Source: Sedimentisphaerales bacterium (GTDB lineage: Bacteria; Planctomycetota; Phycisphaerae; Sedimentisphaerales; SM23-30). From it: DNA of 64,000 nucleotides. Both the position numbers and the translations under genes were made by a program. The notes under the pieces are model-generated. The model worked only from the letters and a program-made list of their open reading frames with translations, was not told the origin of the DNA and ran no database searches. Positions within the stretch are counted from its first letter, which is position 1. Each line of letters starts with the position of its first letter. The stretch is from assembly GCA_963662515.1 (NCBI GenBank), contig OY759675.1, positions 2,185,981-2,249,980 of the forward strand, read 5' to 3'. Below are positions 10,002-18,736 of this stretch, piece by piece.

Positions 10002-12311
10002 ATGGCAAAAACAGCAGGAACGGCATGGGGTATAGACCTGGGCAATAACGCTCTCAAGGCTATTAAGATATCCCGAGGCGATAACGATAAGGTTCAGGTG
10101 TTAGATTACGCGGTAATTGAGCACGAATCAATACTCACATCTCCTGAGATCACGCCTGGCCAGAGAACTGAAATGATCAAAGTTGCCCTGGAGAAGTTTA
10201 CCAGTGAACACGATCTTTCCGGCAGCCGGGTGGTTGTTGGCGTGCCCGGCACAAACAGTTTTGCCAGATTTGCCAAACTGCCACCAGTTGACAAAAAACG
10301 AATTCCCGATATGGTGCGTTACGAAGCCCAGCAGCAGATACCGTTTGACATTAATGATGTTGAATGGGACTGGCAGGTACTCAATGAAAGTGAGGATGCC
10401 CAGGAAATAGAGATTGGTATCTTCGCCATAAAAAGCGATATAGTCAAGCGCGTACTAATGCCCTACGCTGACAGTAATATTCTGATCGATTCTGTTCAGA
10501 TGATTCCAATGGCCTTGTTCAACTTTCTGGACTATGACAAGTTAACATCAAGTGCTCAGGAAGCTGTCATTCTGCTTGATATCGGAGCGGAAAATACTGA
10601 TTTGGTAATATCAAATAAAGGCAGAGTATGGCAGCGAAGCATAAAAATTGGCGGAAATCATTTTACAGCCGCGGTACAAAAGTCTTTCAAGCTGAGTTTT
10701 CAGAAGGCTGAGAATATAAAAAGAACTGCCAATACCAGCAAGTACGCTCGCCAGATATTCCAGGCTATGCGTCCGGTATTTTCAGATCTGGCAGCCGAGA
10801 TCCAGCGTTCACTGGGTTTTTATATGAGTGGAAATCGTGATACCCAGTTTGGCGAGGCATTGGCTATGGGCAATGCTGTTAAACTGCCGGGACTGATCAA
10901 GTTTTTGCAGCAGAGCTTATCAATGCCTATCAAGCGGATTGATAATTTTGACCGTCTGACAACATCCGAGGATGTATCAGTAGCGGAATTTACCGGCCAT
11001 GTTCCGAGTATTACAGCAGCATACGGTCTGGCGCTGCAAGGTTTAGGCGAAGGCTCTATAACCGGCGATCTGCTCCCCAGAGAGATAATTCGTCAAACTC
11101 AATGGAAGCGCAAACATAAATGGTTTGCCGCTGCTTGTGCCTGCATGGTGCTTGGCGGTTCAATACAGTTAGTCAAAGGCATTTCAGGCAGTTCTGATAT
11201 ATCTCAGGCTCAGTCATTATTGCGTACTATCCAGGCGGATGTATCACGAGTTAATGAAAGTGCTTCAGTTAAAGATAATGCCCTTAGCAGCATAAGTGAG
11301 ATAACCAGGATAATTGATAATCATAAAAAGGTTTATCAAGACAGATCACTGATACAGAGATTGTATAAAAGTCTGGTAGAATCATTGCCAAGCCCTGACC
11401 ATAATCCAGAACAGACTGAGCTATTTAAGGCTTATTTTGCCGGTGAGCTTGAAAATGTACTAAAAACACCTCGTGAAGACCGCAAGCAGGTATTTATAGC
11501 CGGCATAAAAATGATCTATACAGATGACCTGACCCAGAGTTTTGACACCATACTCAGTTCTTCATCCGCTACAGGCGGCGGAATGGGCATGTCAATGGGT
11601 CGGGGAGGCATGGATCAGAATATGGGCGGCTTTGCCAGAGGATTGCAAACCACTGAAATAGCAGCAACACCAACTGGAGCAGCAACCGCAGAGACTCCCC
11701 GGGCTGGCTTTGTTATCATACTGGAAGGCAGTACGCCTCATCGTGATAATCTGGCATTCCTGAATCCACCAACTGTCGGACTTGACCGTAGTAAATGGGG
11801 TTTCTTTACCAGATTATATAATCTTGGCAAAACAGATGAGCAGATCAAGAAAGAGCTGGAAGCCAAAAATGCTGCTGTAGATAAAGCGCCTGCGGATGAA
11901 TATCAAAAACAGCAAAATGAACTGGCAAAAAGCCTTCCATTTGAAAGCTTTATTGGCAGTCTGGACCTGAAGAGTTATTTTGATACTGACGAAGGCGCAC
12001 ATGTATCCGGCAATAGCAACACAACCCAACCACTGGGTATAGGAATACCTAAGCCTGGATTCTCCAATGTTGGGGCAATGGCAGGCGGAATGAGAGGCGG
12101 GTTTGAAATGGCAGCCGCCAACAACGAGCAGCTCCCTCAGATGATCGACCCGTTCACGCAGGAAGTAATAAGTACTGAATATAAAGAAAACAATAATGGC
12201 AGCATCGTCCTTGAAGGCGGTAAGCCAATAACTGTGAATCATGACTACTGGTTCAGAGTTAAGATGAAAATTGCATTAAAAAATACCGGCGATACCAGTG
12301 CTGACATGTAA
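10002..12311 (+). CDS. PilM-like actin-fold ATPase fused to a PilN-like anchor (LLPREI motif plus TM) and a ~375-aa extracytoplasmic region with Gly/Met/Arg low-complexity patches
   Basis: The N-terminal ~345 aa have PilM/FtsA-like motifs: 'WGIDLGNNALKAIKI', 'VGVPG', 'YEAQQQIPF', 'LLDIGAENTDLVI', 'IKIGGNHFT', 'MGNAVKLPGL' and 'AYGLALQG'. This is followed by 'GDLLPREIIRQTQWKRKHKWF' and the TM helix 'AAACACMVLGGSIQLV'. Patches 'GGGMGMSMGRGGMDQNMGGFARG' and 'GAMAGGMRGGFEM' follow. Confidence 0.8.
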   Translation: MAKTAGTAWGIDLGNNALKAIKISRGDNDKVQVLDYAVIEHESILTSPEITPGQRTEMIKVALEKFTSEHDLSGSRVVVGVPGTNSFARFAKLPPVDKKRIPDMVRYEAQQQIPFDINDVEWDWQVLNESEDAQEIEIGIFAIKSDIVKRVLMPYADSNILIDSVQMIPMALFNFLDYDKLTSSAQEAVILLDIGAENTDLVISNKGRVWQRSIKIGGNHFTAAVQKSFKLSFQKAENIKRTANTSKYARQIFQAMRPVFSDLAAEIQRSLGFYMSGNRDTQFGEALAMGNAVKLPGLIKFLQQSLSMPIKRIDNFDRLTTSEDVSVAEFTGHVPSITAAYGLALQGLGEGSITGDLLPREIIRQTQWKRKHKWFAAACACMVLGGSIQLVKGISGSSDISQAQSLLRTIQADVSRVNESASVKDNALSSISEITRIIDNHKKVYQDRSLIQRLYKSLVESLPSPDHNPEQTELFKAYFAGELENVLKTPREDRKQVFIAGIKMIYTDDLTQSFDTILSSSSATGGGMGMSMGRGGMDQNMGGFARGLQTTEIAATPTGAATAETPRAGFVIILEGSTPHRDNLAFLNPPTVGLDRSKWGFFTRLYNLGKTDEQIKKELEAKNAAVDKAPADEYQKQQNELAKSLPFESFIGSLDLKSYFDTDEGAHVSGNSNTTQPLGIGIPKPGFSNVGAMAGGMRGGFEMAAANNEQLPQMIDPFTQEVISTEYKENNNGSIVLEGGKPITVNHDYWFRVKMKIALKNTGDTSADM

Positions 12312-12382
12312 GTCTGCGGCAAAAACAATAGCGATCCTAAAATCAAGATTAACCTGATTGATATATCGAAAGATCTTATATA

Positions 12383-13849
12383 ATGGAATTGATAAAAAAA
12401 TATTACATATATGGCGTATATGTCCTGATTGTGCTGGCCTCTTTAGGCCTTTATGCCTGGGGCATGATGAAAAACAATGCTAACATTCAGGAATATAACA
12501 AGATAAATTCACAATATAGTTCTGCTATGTCTTTGCAGGGCAAAGCAGTGCATGAAAATGAAATTAAATTTCATAATGACAACATAGCCAGAGCAGAAGA
12601 AGATAAAAAAGCTGTGATAGATTTTTGCAGAAAGACCAGCAGCAGGCCCTATCTCTTTATTAATGTTTTCCCCTCTGCCCCACAGGTTGAAAGTAAGCAA
12701 TACTATATGAACTTTGCAGAGAAGTATTGTGAGGGAGTAGATAATATACTTAAGATAATGCGGGCAGGTAATAAGCCTTCTGAGCTTGAAGAAAGCAATT
12801 ATCTTGAAAAAGCAAAACGAACCACAGAAACCGGGGCTGATGGCATGGGTATGGGAATGCGTGGTGAGCGAGGTGGTATGGGCGGTTATGGAGCTATTAC
12901 CGCAGGATCATCAGATGATAAGTTGCGTGTCGAAATGAGAGAGAACCGGGCAAATGAGATAAGCATTTATAGCGAACCTGAATCATTTGTTTTATATAGT
13001 TTCTGGAAAGAACATGATGGCAGCACAGGAACCCCGGCAACACTTCAATTTGACAGCTGGTACAGTCAGATCGCTTATTGGATACAAGAAGATGTAGCTT
13101 TCTCAATTAACAAGATTAATGATAATACAAACAGTAGCTCGGTAAAAAAGAATCCGATAAAGCGTCTTATTGAAGTTTCGTTTGGCGGCCCTTCAGCGTC
13201 AACAGGCAGTGGCAGTGCCGCCGGGACAATGGGCGGAGGCATGAGAGGTATGGGCCGTGGTGACATGATGGTAAATCGTGGGGGAATGACCGGCGGCATG
13301 GGACGCGGCTCTGCCAGCATGACAGCTGGCACATCTGCTCAGCGGACAGGTAGTACAACAGCCCTGCCGGCACCAGTAAGCAAGGGTGCTGCCGCGCCCG
13401 GAATGGAAGCAACAGGCACCAGTGCAATGCAAAACTCAATGACAACATCATGGACCAAAAGAGCTAGTGACGAACTGACAGATGTTTTTCATTTTTCAGT
13501 TAGTGTGATAGTCGCCAGCGACAGGGTTAACGATTTTATTAACGCCCTGCAAAGTCCCAGAACAAACCTTGATGGTACTAACAGCCGCAATCAAATAACA
13601 GTACTTCAGTTCAATGTGAACCCGGTTAATATACAGGCAGAAGAAGCTGCTGGTTATTACTATGGTGCCGGTGCTCTTGTGCAAGTAGATACTATCTGTG
13701 AATATGTATTTTTCAGAAGCGGCTATGAAGCTCAGATGCCAGATATCATAAAGAAAGGCCCGGAAGCTGCTGTTGATACACCAGTTACTCAACCAACCTT
13801 CGATGCAAATCCAAGAGGCGGCATGTTTGAACGCGGGCGTGGAATGTAA
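12383..13849 (+). CDS. Single-pass membrane protein of unknown function with RGGM-type repeats (operon partner of PilM-like gene)
   Basis: It has an N-terminal TM helix (YIYGVYVLIVLASLGLYAWGMM). Patches are 'GADGMGMGMRGERGGMGGYG' and 'GTMGGGMRGMGRGDMMVNRGGMTGGMGRGS', and the extreme C-terminus is 'RGGMFERGRGM'. It starts 71 nt after the previous gene. Confidence 0.7.
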   Translation: MELIKKYYIYGVYVLIVLASLGLYAWGMMKNNANIQEYNKINSQYSSAMSLQGKAVHENEIKFHNDNIARAEEDKKAVIDFCRKTSSRPYLFINVFPSAPQVESKQYYMNFAEKYCEGVDNILKIMRAGNKPSELEESNYLEKAKRTTETGADGMGMGMRGERGGMGGYGAITAGSSDDKLRVEMRENRANEISIYSEPESFVLYSFWKEHDGSTGTPATLQFDSWYSQIAYWIQEDVAFSINKINDNTNSSSVKKNPIKRLIEVSFGGPSASTGSGSAAGTMGGGMRGMGRGDMMVNRGGMTGGMGRGSASMTAGTSAQRTGSTTALPAPVSKGAAAPGMEATGTSAMQNSMTTSWTKRASDELTDVFHFSVSVIVASDRVNDFINALQSPRTNLDGTNSRNQITVLQFNVNPVNIQAEEAAGYYYGAGALVQVDTICEYVFFRSGYEAQMPDIIKKGPEAAVDTPVTQPTFDANPRGGMFERGRGM

Positions 13850-13926
13850 TAAGTATTACATTCCATTTAATTATCAATAAGAACATTACAGAATAATTCT
13901 GATTTAATATAAAGCAGGAATTTAAT

Positions 13927-15639
13927 ATGGCAAAAAAACAGACAATGAATTTACTCGAAGCTCATTTTGAGAAGATAGTTATAGCACTTGCCGCCCTTTT
14001 TCTTTTATGGGTATTATATGCAAATGTAATTAATGCACCGGGTGCAGAGATCAACGGCCAGAAAGTTAGTGCTGTTGAGGCAGCAGAAAAGGCCCAGCAA
14101 CTGGCCCGGGATGCAGTAATGAGCATGAGCAGACCTTCTCCTCTGGACGATCTGGAAGAGTACAAGCCTGTTGGCGACTTGTTAACTTTGGTAGAACCAC
14201 TGGCAATGAATGAAATACCGCTTAGTCCTCCTGATATATCCAGAATGATAATGGAGCAGGATATCAGAGATTATACACTACCTGCCCTGCCAGAACTGCA
14301 AGCAGCTAAATTGATATTAACTCATGCCATGGCTAGTGTACCTGTTGAAAACAAAGACACTCAGGCTAATGCACAGGCCCAGATGTTTGAGGCCCGCGGT
14401 GGTTTAGGAGCAGGAACTGAAGTGGAAGTTAAAGATGTAATGTTCGTCAGTGTAGAAGCAACTTTTAACATGGAAAAACTTTATAACGATTTTGAAAAGG
14501 CATTTACAGGGCCGCAAGTCGAGAAGAGGTTAACCGATAACTACCTTCCCATAGTTGCAACTGTTGACCTGCTCAGGAGAGAATTGCAGGATGATGGACA
14601 ATGGTCAGCTCCTGTTTCAGTACCCCGTTGCAAGGTTGATCCGATGAGAAACAGTCTTAATGCTACTGATATGCTGTCTATTTCTAAGGTAAGACAAAAT
14701 GTAGCAATGAAAGATAATCAGTCAGAACAAACACAGCTTATGCTTCTACAGCCAACTACCTATAATCTTATTGGAGACCCATGGGTAAACCCCAGTGCTA
14801 AAACTGAGGAAGCACAGAATGCCAACCGTCAACCAGCAAATGCCAGAGGCGGCTTTGACATGGGCCGTGGCGGTATGATGGATATTCGAGGTGGCATGAC
14901 AGGCGGGGAAATGAGTACTCTTAAGAGCAATGAACTCAAGATATGGGCTCATGATGACTCACTTACACCCGGCAAGATGTATAAGTATTCTATCAGGCTG
15001 GGCATATTTAATCCCTGCTACGAAACTAACTGGTTAACTAAAAGCCAGTCTGATATATTCAAATCAGTTCCGGTCTTATGGACAAAAGAGCTAAGCGTCG
15101 AAGATCCAATCCAGACCCCGCCAACTTCATTATTCATACCAAAAGCAATAGCTGATAATCAGAGTGCCAGAGTGGAAGTATATAAGTTCCAGAATGGCCA
15201 ATGGTTCAAGAGGCCATTTACGGTTACTACCGGCGAAAAGATAGGCGATATTGTTAAATTGTACGCACTTGACCTGACCTCTTCAGCCACTCAGCAATTT
15301 GATATGGGAGGCATGGGCCGAGGCCGTGGCGGAATGGGTGCTGCACCGGATACCGCTGATACACAGCAATCAAATGAGATCGATGTTGACTTTACAATGG
15401 ACGCTATTGTGGTTGAGATCAAAGCACCAGCCACAATTACCAAGGAAGTTGATGGGCAAACCGTAACAGAGATCAGTGGCGAGATCATTTATAAAGACTC
15501 TGCCGGGGTTACCCGCTCTTTGACAAATAATAACGCCTTCTGGCCTGATTCATTCAGAAAGATGCAATCTGATATTAACCGTGCCTTTACAGCAGACGAA
15601 AAGAAAAGAAGAGATGCTGCCAAATCGACTAATCGTTAA
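13927..15639 (+). CDS. Single-pass membrane protein of unknown function with RGGM-type repeats (third operon member)
   Basis: It has an N-terminal TM helix (IVIALAALFLLWVLYANVI). Patches are 'ARGGFDMGRGGMMDIRGGMTGGEMS', 'FDMGGMGRGRGGMGAAP' and 'FEARGGLGAG'. A terminator follows it. Confidence 0.7.
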   Translation: MAKKQTMNLLEAHFEKIVIALAALFLLWVLYANVINAPGAEINGQKVSAVEAAEKAQQLARDAVMSMSRPSPLDDLEEYKPVGDLLTLVEPLAMNEIPLSPPDISRMIMEQDIRDYTLPALPELQAAKLILTHAMASVPVENKDTQANAQAQMFEARGGLGAGTEVEVKDVMFVSVEATFNMEKLYNDFEKAFTGPQVEKRLTDNYLPIVATVDLLRRELQDDGQWSAPVSVPRCKVDPMRNSLNATDMLSISKVRQNVAMKDNQSEQTQLMLLQPTTYNLIGDPWVNPSAKTEEAQNANRQPANARGGFDMGRGGMMDIRGGMTGGEMSTLKSNELKIWAHDDSLTPGKMYKYSIRLGIFNPCYETNWLTKSQSDIFKSVPVLWTKELSVEDPIQTPPTSLFIPKAIADNQSARVEVYKFQNGQWFKRPFTVTTGEKIGDIVKLYALDLTSSATQQFDMGGMGRGRGGMGAAPDTADTQQSNEIDVDFTMDAIVVEIKAPATITKEVDGQTVTEISGEIIYKDSAGVTRSLTNNNAFWPDSFRKMQSDINRAFTADEKKRRDAAKSTNR

Positions 15640-15676
15640 TAGTTATTTTCGACAGCTTTTTATCAAAATTACACTG

Positions 15677-15712
15677 GACGGCTGCTAATAACAGCCGTCT
15701 TTTTTATTTTTT
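15677..15712 (+). terminator. Rho-independent terminator closing the PilM-like operon
   Basis: GACGGCTG pairs with CAGCCGTC across a 7-nt loop and is followed by TTTTTTATTTTTT. Confidence 0.8.
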
Positions 15713-15791
15713 GACAAAAAGTAACCGATAATAATACTGCCCCTATAATAATTACAACTCATATTAAGTATATAAGCACATTGAGAGTTAA

Positions 15792-16502
15792 ATGGAGAAG
15801 CTACAAAAACTAATTATTGCGATAGATGGACCTGCAGGAAGTGGTAAAAGTACAATAGCAAAAATGCTGGCTGAACGCCTGGGAATATCCTACCTGGACA
15901 CAGGGGCAATGTATCGAGGTATAGCCCTCTCAGCCCTCCTGAAAAAGATAGATCTTAATGACCAAAAAGCTCTCACTCAAATGGCAAGTGAAACAGATTT
16001 AGAGTTTGCAAGGGTAAATCATAACAACATACTGCTTATCAATGGACTCAAAGAGCTGCCTGATGGGCGAACTATATCCGAAGCAATCAGAAGTCGAGAG
16101 GTAACTCAGGCATCCAGATATGTTGCCGATAATCCTGATATCCGTAAAATGCTGGTTGAGCAGCAAAAAAAAATCGGGCATAAATGCAAATTGCTGGTTA
16201 CTGAAGGCAGAGATCAGTCCACAGTGGTTTTCCCAGATGCAGATTTTAAGTTTTATCTCGATGCCAGACCTGAAGTACGGGCCAGACGCAGGTATGAACA
16301 AATGCTCACTCAGGGGAATATCAGTATAAGCTATGAGGATATTCTCTCTGACCAACAAAAAAGAGACCTGGCAGACCAGAATCGCCTCACAGGTGCCTTA
16401 CGGATCGCAGATGATGCTATTGTTATAGATACATCAGAAATGGATATTTCTCAAGTAGTCAGTTATCTGATAACGGTCATAAATAATAACAAAAAACCGT
16501 AA
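15792..16502 (+). CDS. cmk: Cytidylate kinase
   Basis: It has the P-loop 'IAIDGPAGSGKST' and 'YLDTGAMYR', and the length is typical for Cmk. Confidence 0.9.
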   Translation: MEKLQKLIIAIDGPAGSGKSTIAKMLAERLGISYLDTGAMYRGIALSALLKKIDLNDQKALTQMASETDLEFARVNHNNILLINGLKELPDGRTISEAIRSREVTQASRYVADNPDIRKMLVEQQKKIGHKCKLLVTEGRDQSTVVFPDADFKFYLDARPEVRARRRYEQMLTQGNISISYEDILSDQQKRDLADQNRLTGALRIADDAIVIDTSEMDISQVVSYLITVINNNKKP

Positions 16503-16547
16503 TCGTAAAACTATGATTAGTTTAATAACAATTAACAGGAGTAAGCA

Positions 16548-17240
16548 ATGCCTTTTAATGAAAAGTTAAATAAAGAAACCTGGCGTATATTCCGAATAAT
16601 GGCTGAATTTATCGAAGGGTTTGAGGAGCTTTCCTACCTGGGCCCGGCGGTATCAATTTTTGGATCAGCCAGAACCTCACCTGATAGCCCATATTATAAA
16701 ATGGCTGAAGAAACTGGTGCAGAAGCTGCTCGCGCCGGCCTGGCCGTAATAACTGGCGGTGGCGGCGGAATAATGGAAGCTGCAAATAAAGGGGCTTTTG
16801 AGGCTGGTGGTAAAAGTGCCGGATTGAATATCCAACTGCCTCATGAACAGAAATCCAATGATTATCAGACATTAGAACTGCATTTTAAATATTTTTTTGC
16901 TCGTAAAACAATGTTTACGAAATATGCAAGTGGCTTTATAATATTACCCGGAGGCTTTGGCACTCTGGATGAATTTTTTGAGGCTTTAACTCTGATGCAA
17001 ACCCTGAAAATGAGCCATTTCCCTGTGGTTGTTATGGGTAAGGCTTACTGGTCCGGCCTCTTTAAGTGGATAGAAGAAAGTATGTTGGCTGAAAAAACCA
17101 TTTCGCCGGAAGACTTGAAGCTATACGACCTTACTGATGACCCGAAAGAAGCTATAGATATTATATTAAAAGCAAAATCCGGCGCCTTAACTGAATTTTC
17201 GGGTGCCGGCACAAATGCAATTAAAAGAACTACTGTTTAA
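16548..17240 (+). CDS. LOG-family protein (TIGR00730-type; cytokinin riboside 5'-monophosphate phosphoribohydrolase-like)
   Basis: It has 'VSIFGSAR', 'ITGGGGGIMEAANKGA' and 'PGGFGTLDEFFEALTLMQT'. Confidence 0.85.
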   Translation: MPFNEKLNKETWRIFRIMAEFIEGFEELSYLGPAVSIFGSARTSPDSPYYKMAEETGAEAARAGLAVITGGGGGIMEAANKGAFEAGGKSAGLNIQLPHEQKSNDYQTLELHFKYFFARKTMFTKYASGFIILPGGFGTLDEFFEALTLMQTLKMSHFPVVVMGKAYWSGLFKWIEESMLAEKTISPEDLKLYDLTDDPKEAIDIILKAKSGALTEFSGAGTNAIKRTTV

Positions 17241-17257
17241 TATTTTTAGAGAGCATA

Positions 17258-17971
17258 ATGTACATATTACCGGCAATAGACTTGCGTGATGGCAAATGTG
17301 TTCGCCTTATCCAGGGCGACTATAACAGACAGATTAATTACAATGATGACCCGGTAGCACAGGCCTTAATCTTCGAACAGCAAGGGGCTCAATGGCTACA
17401 TGTTGTAGATCTGGACGGTGCGTTACACGGTGACCAATACAATCTAACTGTTCTGAAAGCTATCAGAGAGAAAACCTCATTAAATATCGAAGTTGGTGGT
17501 GGTATCCGTACTGAAGATAGTATTTCCAAACTACTGGAAACCGGCATTAACAGGGTGATTTTGGGTACCAGTGCTTTCGAGCAACAGCAATGGTTTCATG
17601 ATATGGTACGAAAGTATCCGCAAAAGATTGTGTTGGGAATGGATGCCAAAAATGGTATGATCGCCACCCATGGCTGGACAGTCACCGGTAAGATGAATGT
17701 ACTGGAAATGGCCCAAACAGTTAACAATCTTCCCCTTGCCGCTATTGTATATACAGATATAGCCAAAGATGGCATGTTAACTGGCCCAAATCTGGAATCA
17801 ACCAGAGAGCTGGCCGAAAACTGCCAAATACCAATCATCGCCTCTGGCGGGGTTGGTTCGCTACAAGACATTGTCAACCTGAAAGACCTTCCTATCGAAG
17901 GGATCATTACCGGAAGAGCTCTTTATGAAAATAAATTTACAGTAGCTCAGGCGATTAAGGCTCTGAATTAG
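17258..17971 (+). CDS. hisA: Phosphoribosylformimino-5-aminoimidazole carboxamide ribotide isomerase HisA
   Basis: It has 'ILPAIDLRDGKCVRLIQGDY', 'HVVDLDGA', 'EVGGGIR' and 'ASGGVGSLQDI'. No other his genes are in the window. Confidence 0.9.
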   Translation: MYILPAIDLRDGKCVRLIQGDYNRQINYNDDPVAQALIFEQQGAQWLHVVDLDGALHGDQYNLTVLKAIREKTSLNIEVGGGIRTEDSISKLLETGINRVILGTSAFEQQQWFHDMVRKYPQKIVLGMDAKNGMIATHGWTVTGKMNVLEMAQTVNNLPLAAIVYTDIAKDGMLTGPNLESTRELAENCQIPIIASGGVGSLQDIVNLKDLPIEGIITGRALYENKFTVAQAIKALN

Positions 17972-17995
17972 CATTTATTCAGGTTATTTGGCATA

Positions 17996-18571
17996 TTATA
18001 AAGTCTGACTGTTATTCTCACCAAATACATCGGCAGTGAAAACTAAGACCTCTGTATCAGCCTGCTTCCAGGCATCAGGTGGCAGGCCAGCTTTATGACT
18101 ACAGCAATAACTTAGAAATTGCTCCTTACTCCAGCCTGTTTCAGTTGCCACCTGCGGTAAAAAACAGCCGCAGTGAAAACCCCGGCGAATAAATATACCG
18201 TGACAACCAAGCTCAAGATCAAGCGGATTTTCGATCTTTGCCAGAGGTGACAGTACTGATATTTCTATATCAATATCCTTAAGTTCTGCTTTTGTTATTG
18301 GATTGGAAAGAAAACGACTGTCATGACAGGAGGCCTGGGCCATTTCCACTATAGTTTCCAGCAATGAACCTTCAGGGCTAAAATTACCAATACAGCCTCT
18401 TAACTGGCCATGATTGTGAATGGTGACAAAACAGCCCCGTTTTTCCTTGAATATCTCATCTAAAAACTCTGGGCAGATTATCTCTTTGTTCTTGATAACA
18501 GATTCTATAACATTACGGGCAATTTCTAATAGAGTTTTTTTCTGGGGATCAGTCAATTGCATATTTGCCAT
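17996..18571 (-). CDS. AMMECR1-domain protein (AmmeMemoRadiSam system protein A-like)
   Basis: It has 'KRGCFVTIHNHGQLRGCIGNF', 'DSRF' and 'GCHGIFIRRGFHCGCFLPQV', which are hallmark AMMECR1 motifs. Confidence 0.85.
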   Translation of the reverse strand: MANMQLTDPQKKTLLEIARNVIESVIKNKEIICPEFLDEIFKEKRGCFVTIHNHGQLRGCIGNFSPEGSLLETIVEMAQASCHDSRFLSNPITKAELKDIDIEISVLSPLAKIENPLDLELGCHGIFIRRGFHCGCFLPQVATETGWSKEQFLSYCCSHKAGLPPDAWKQADTEVLVFTADVFGENNSQTL

Positions 18572-18670
18572 GGAGTGCTCCTGTAATTGTTTTTAATCGG
18601 ATATTATCAATTAAAGCAAATCAAGTATAGATTATTATTATACAAAACCCTATTAGAGCAGACAAGCAAT

Positions 18671-18713
18671 AAAAAAGACGATCTGCCACCTTATATCGGC
18701 AGATCGTCTTTTT
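18671..18713 (-). terminator. Bidirectional-looking intrinsic terminator downstream of the GH78 gene
   Basis: A 12-bp stem, AGACGATCTGCC (18676-18687) with GGCAGATCGTCT (18698-18709), is flanked by an A-run on one side and a T-run on the other. Confidence 0.8.
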
Positions 18714-18736
18714 ATATTTGATAACAATTACTACAT

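Noticed and set aside
17996-18571. An AmmeMemoRadiSam three-gene system.
   Set aside because: Only the AMMECR1 (protein A) gene is present. No Memo-like or radical-SAM partner is adjacent, so no system can be called from this window.
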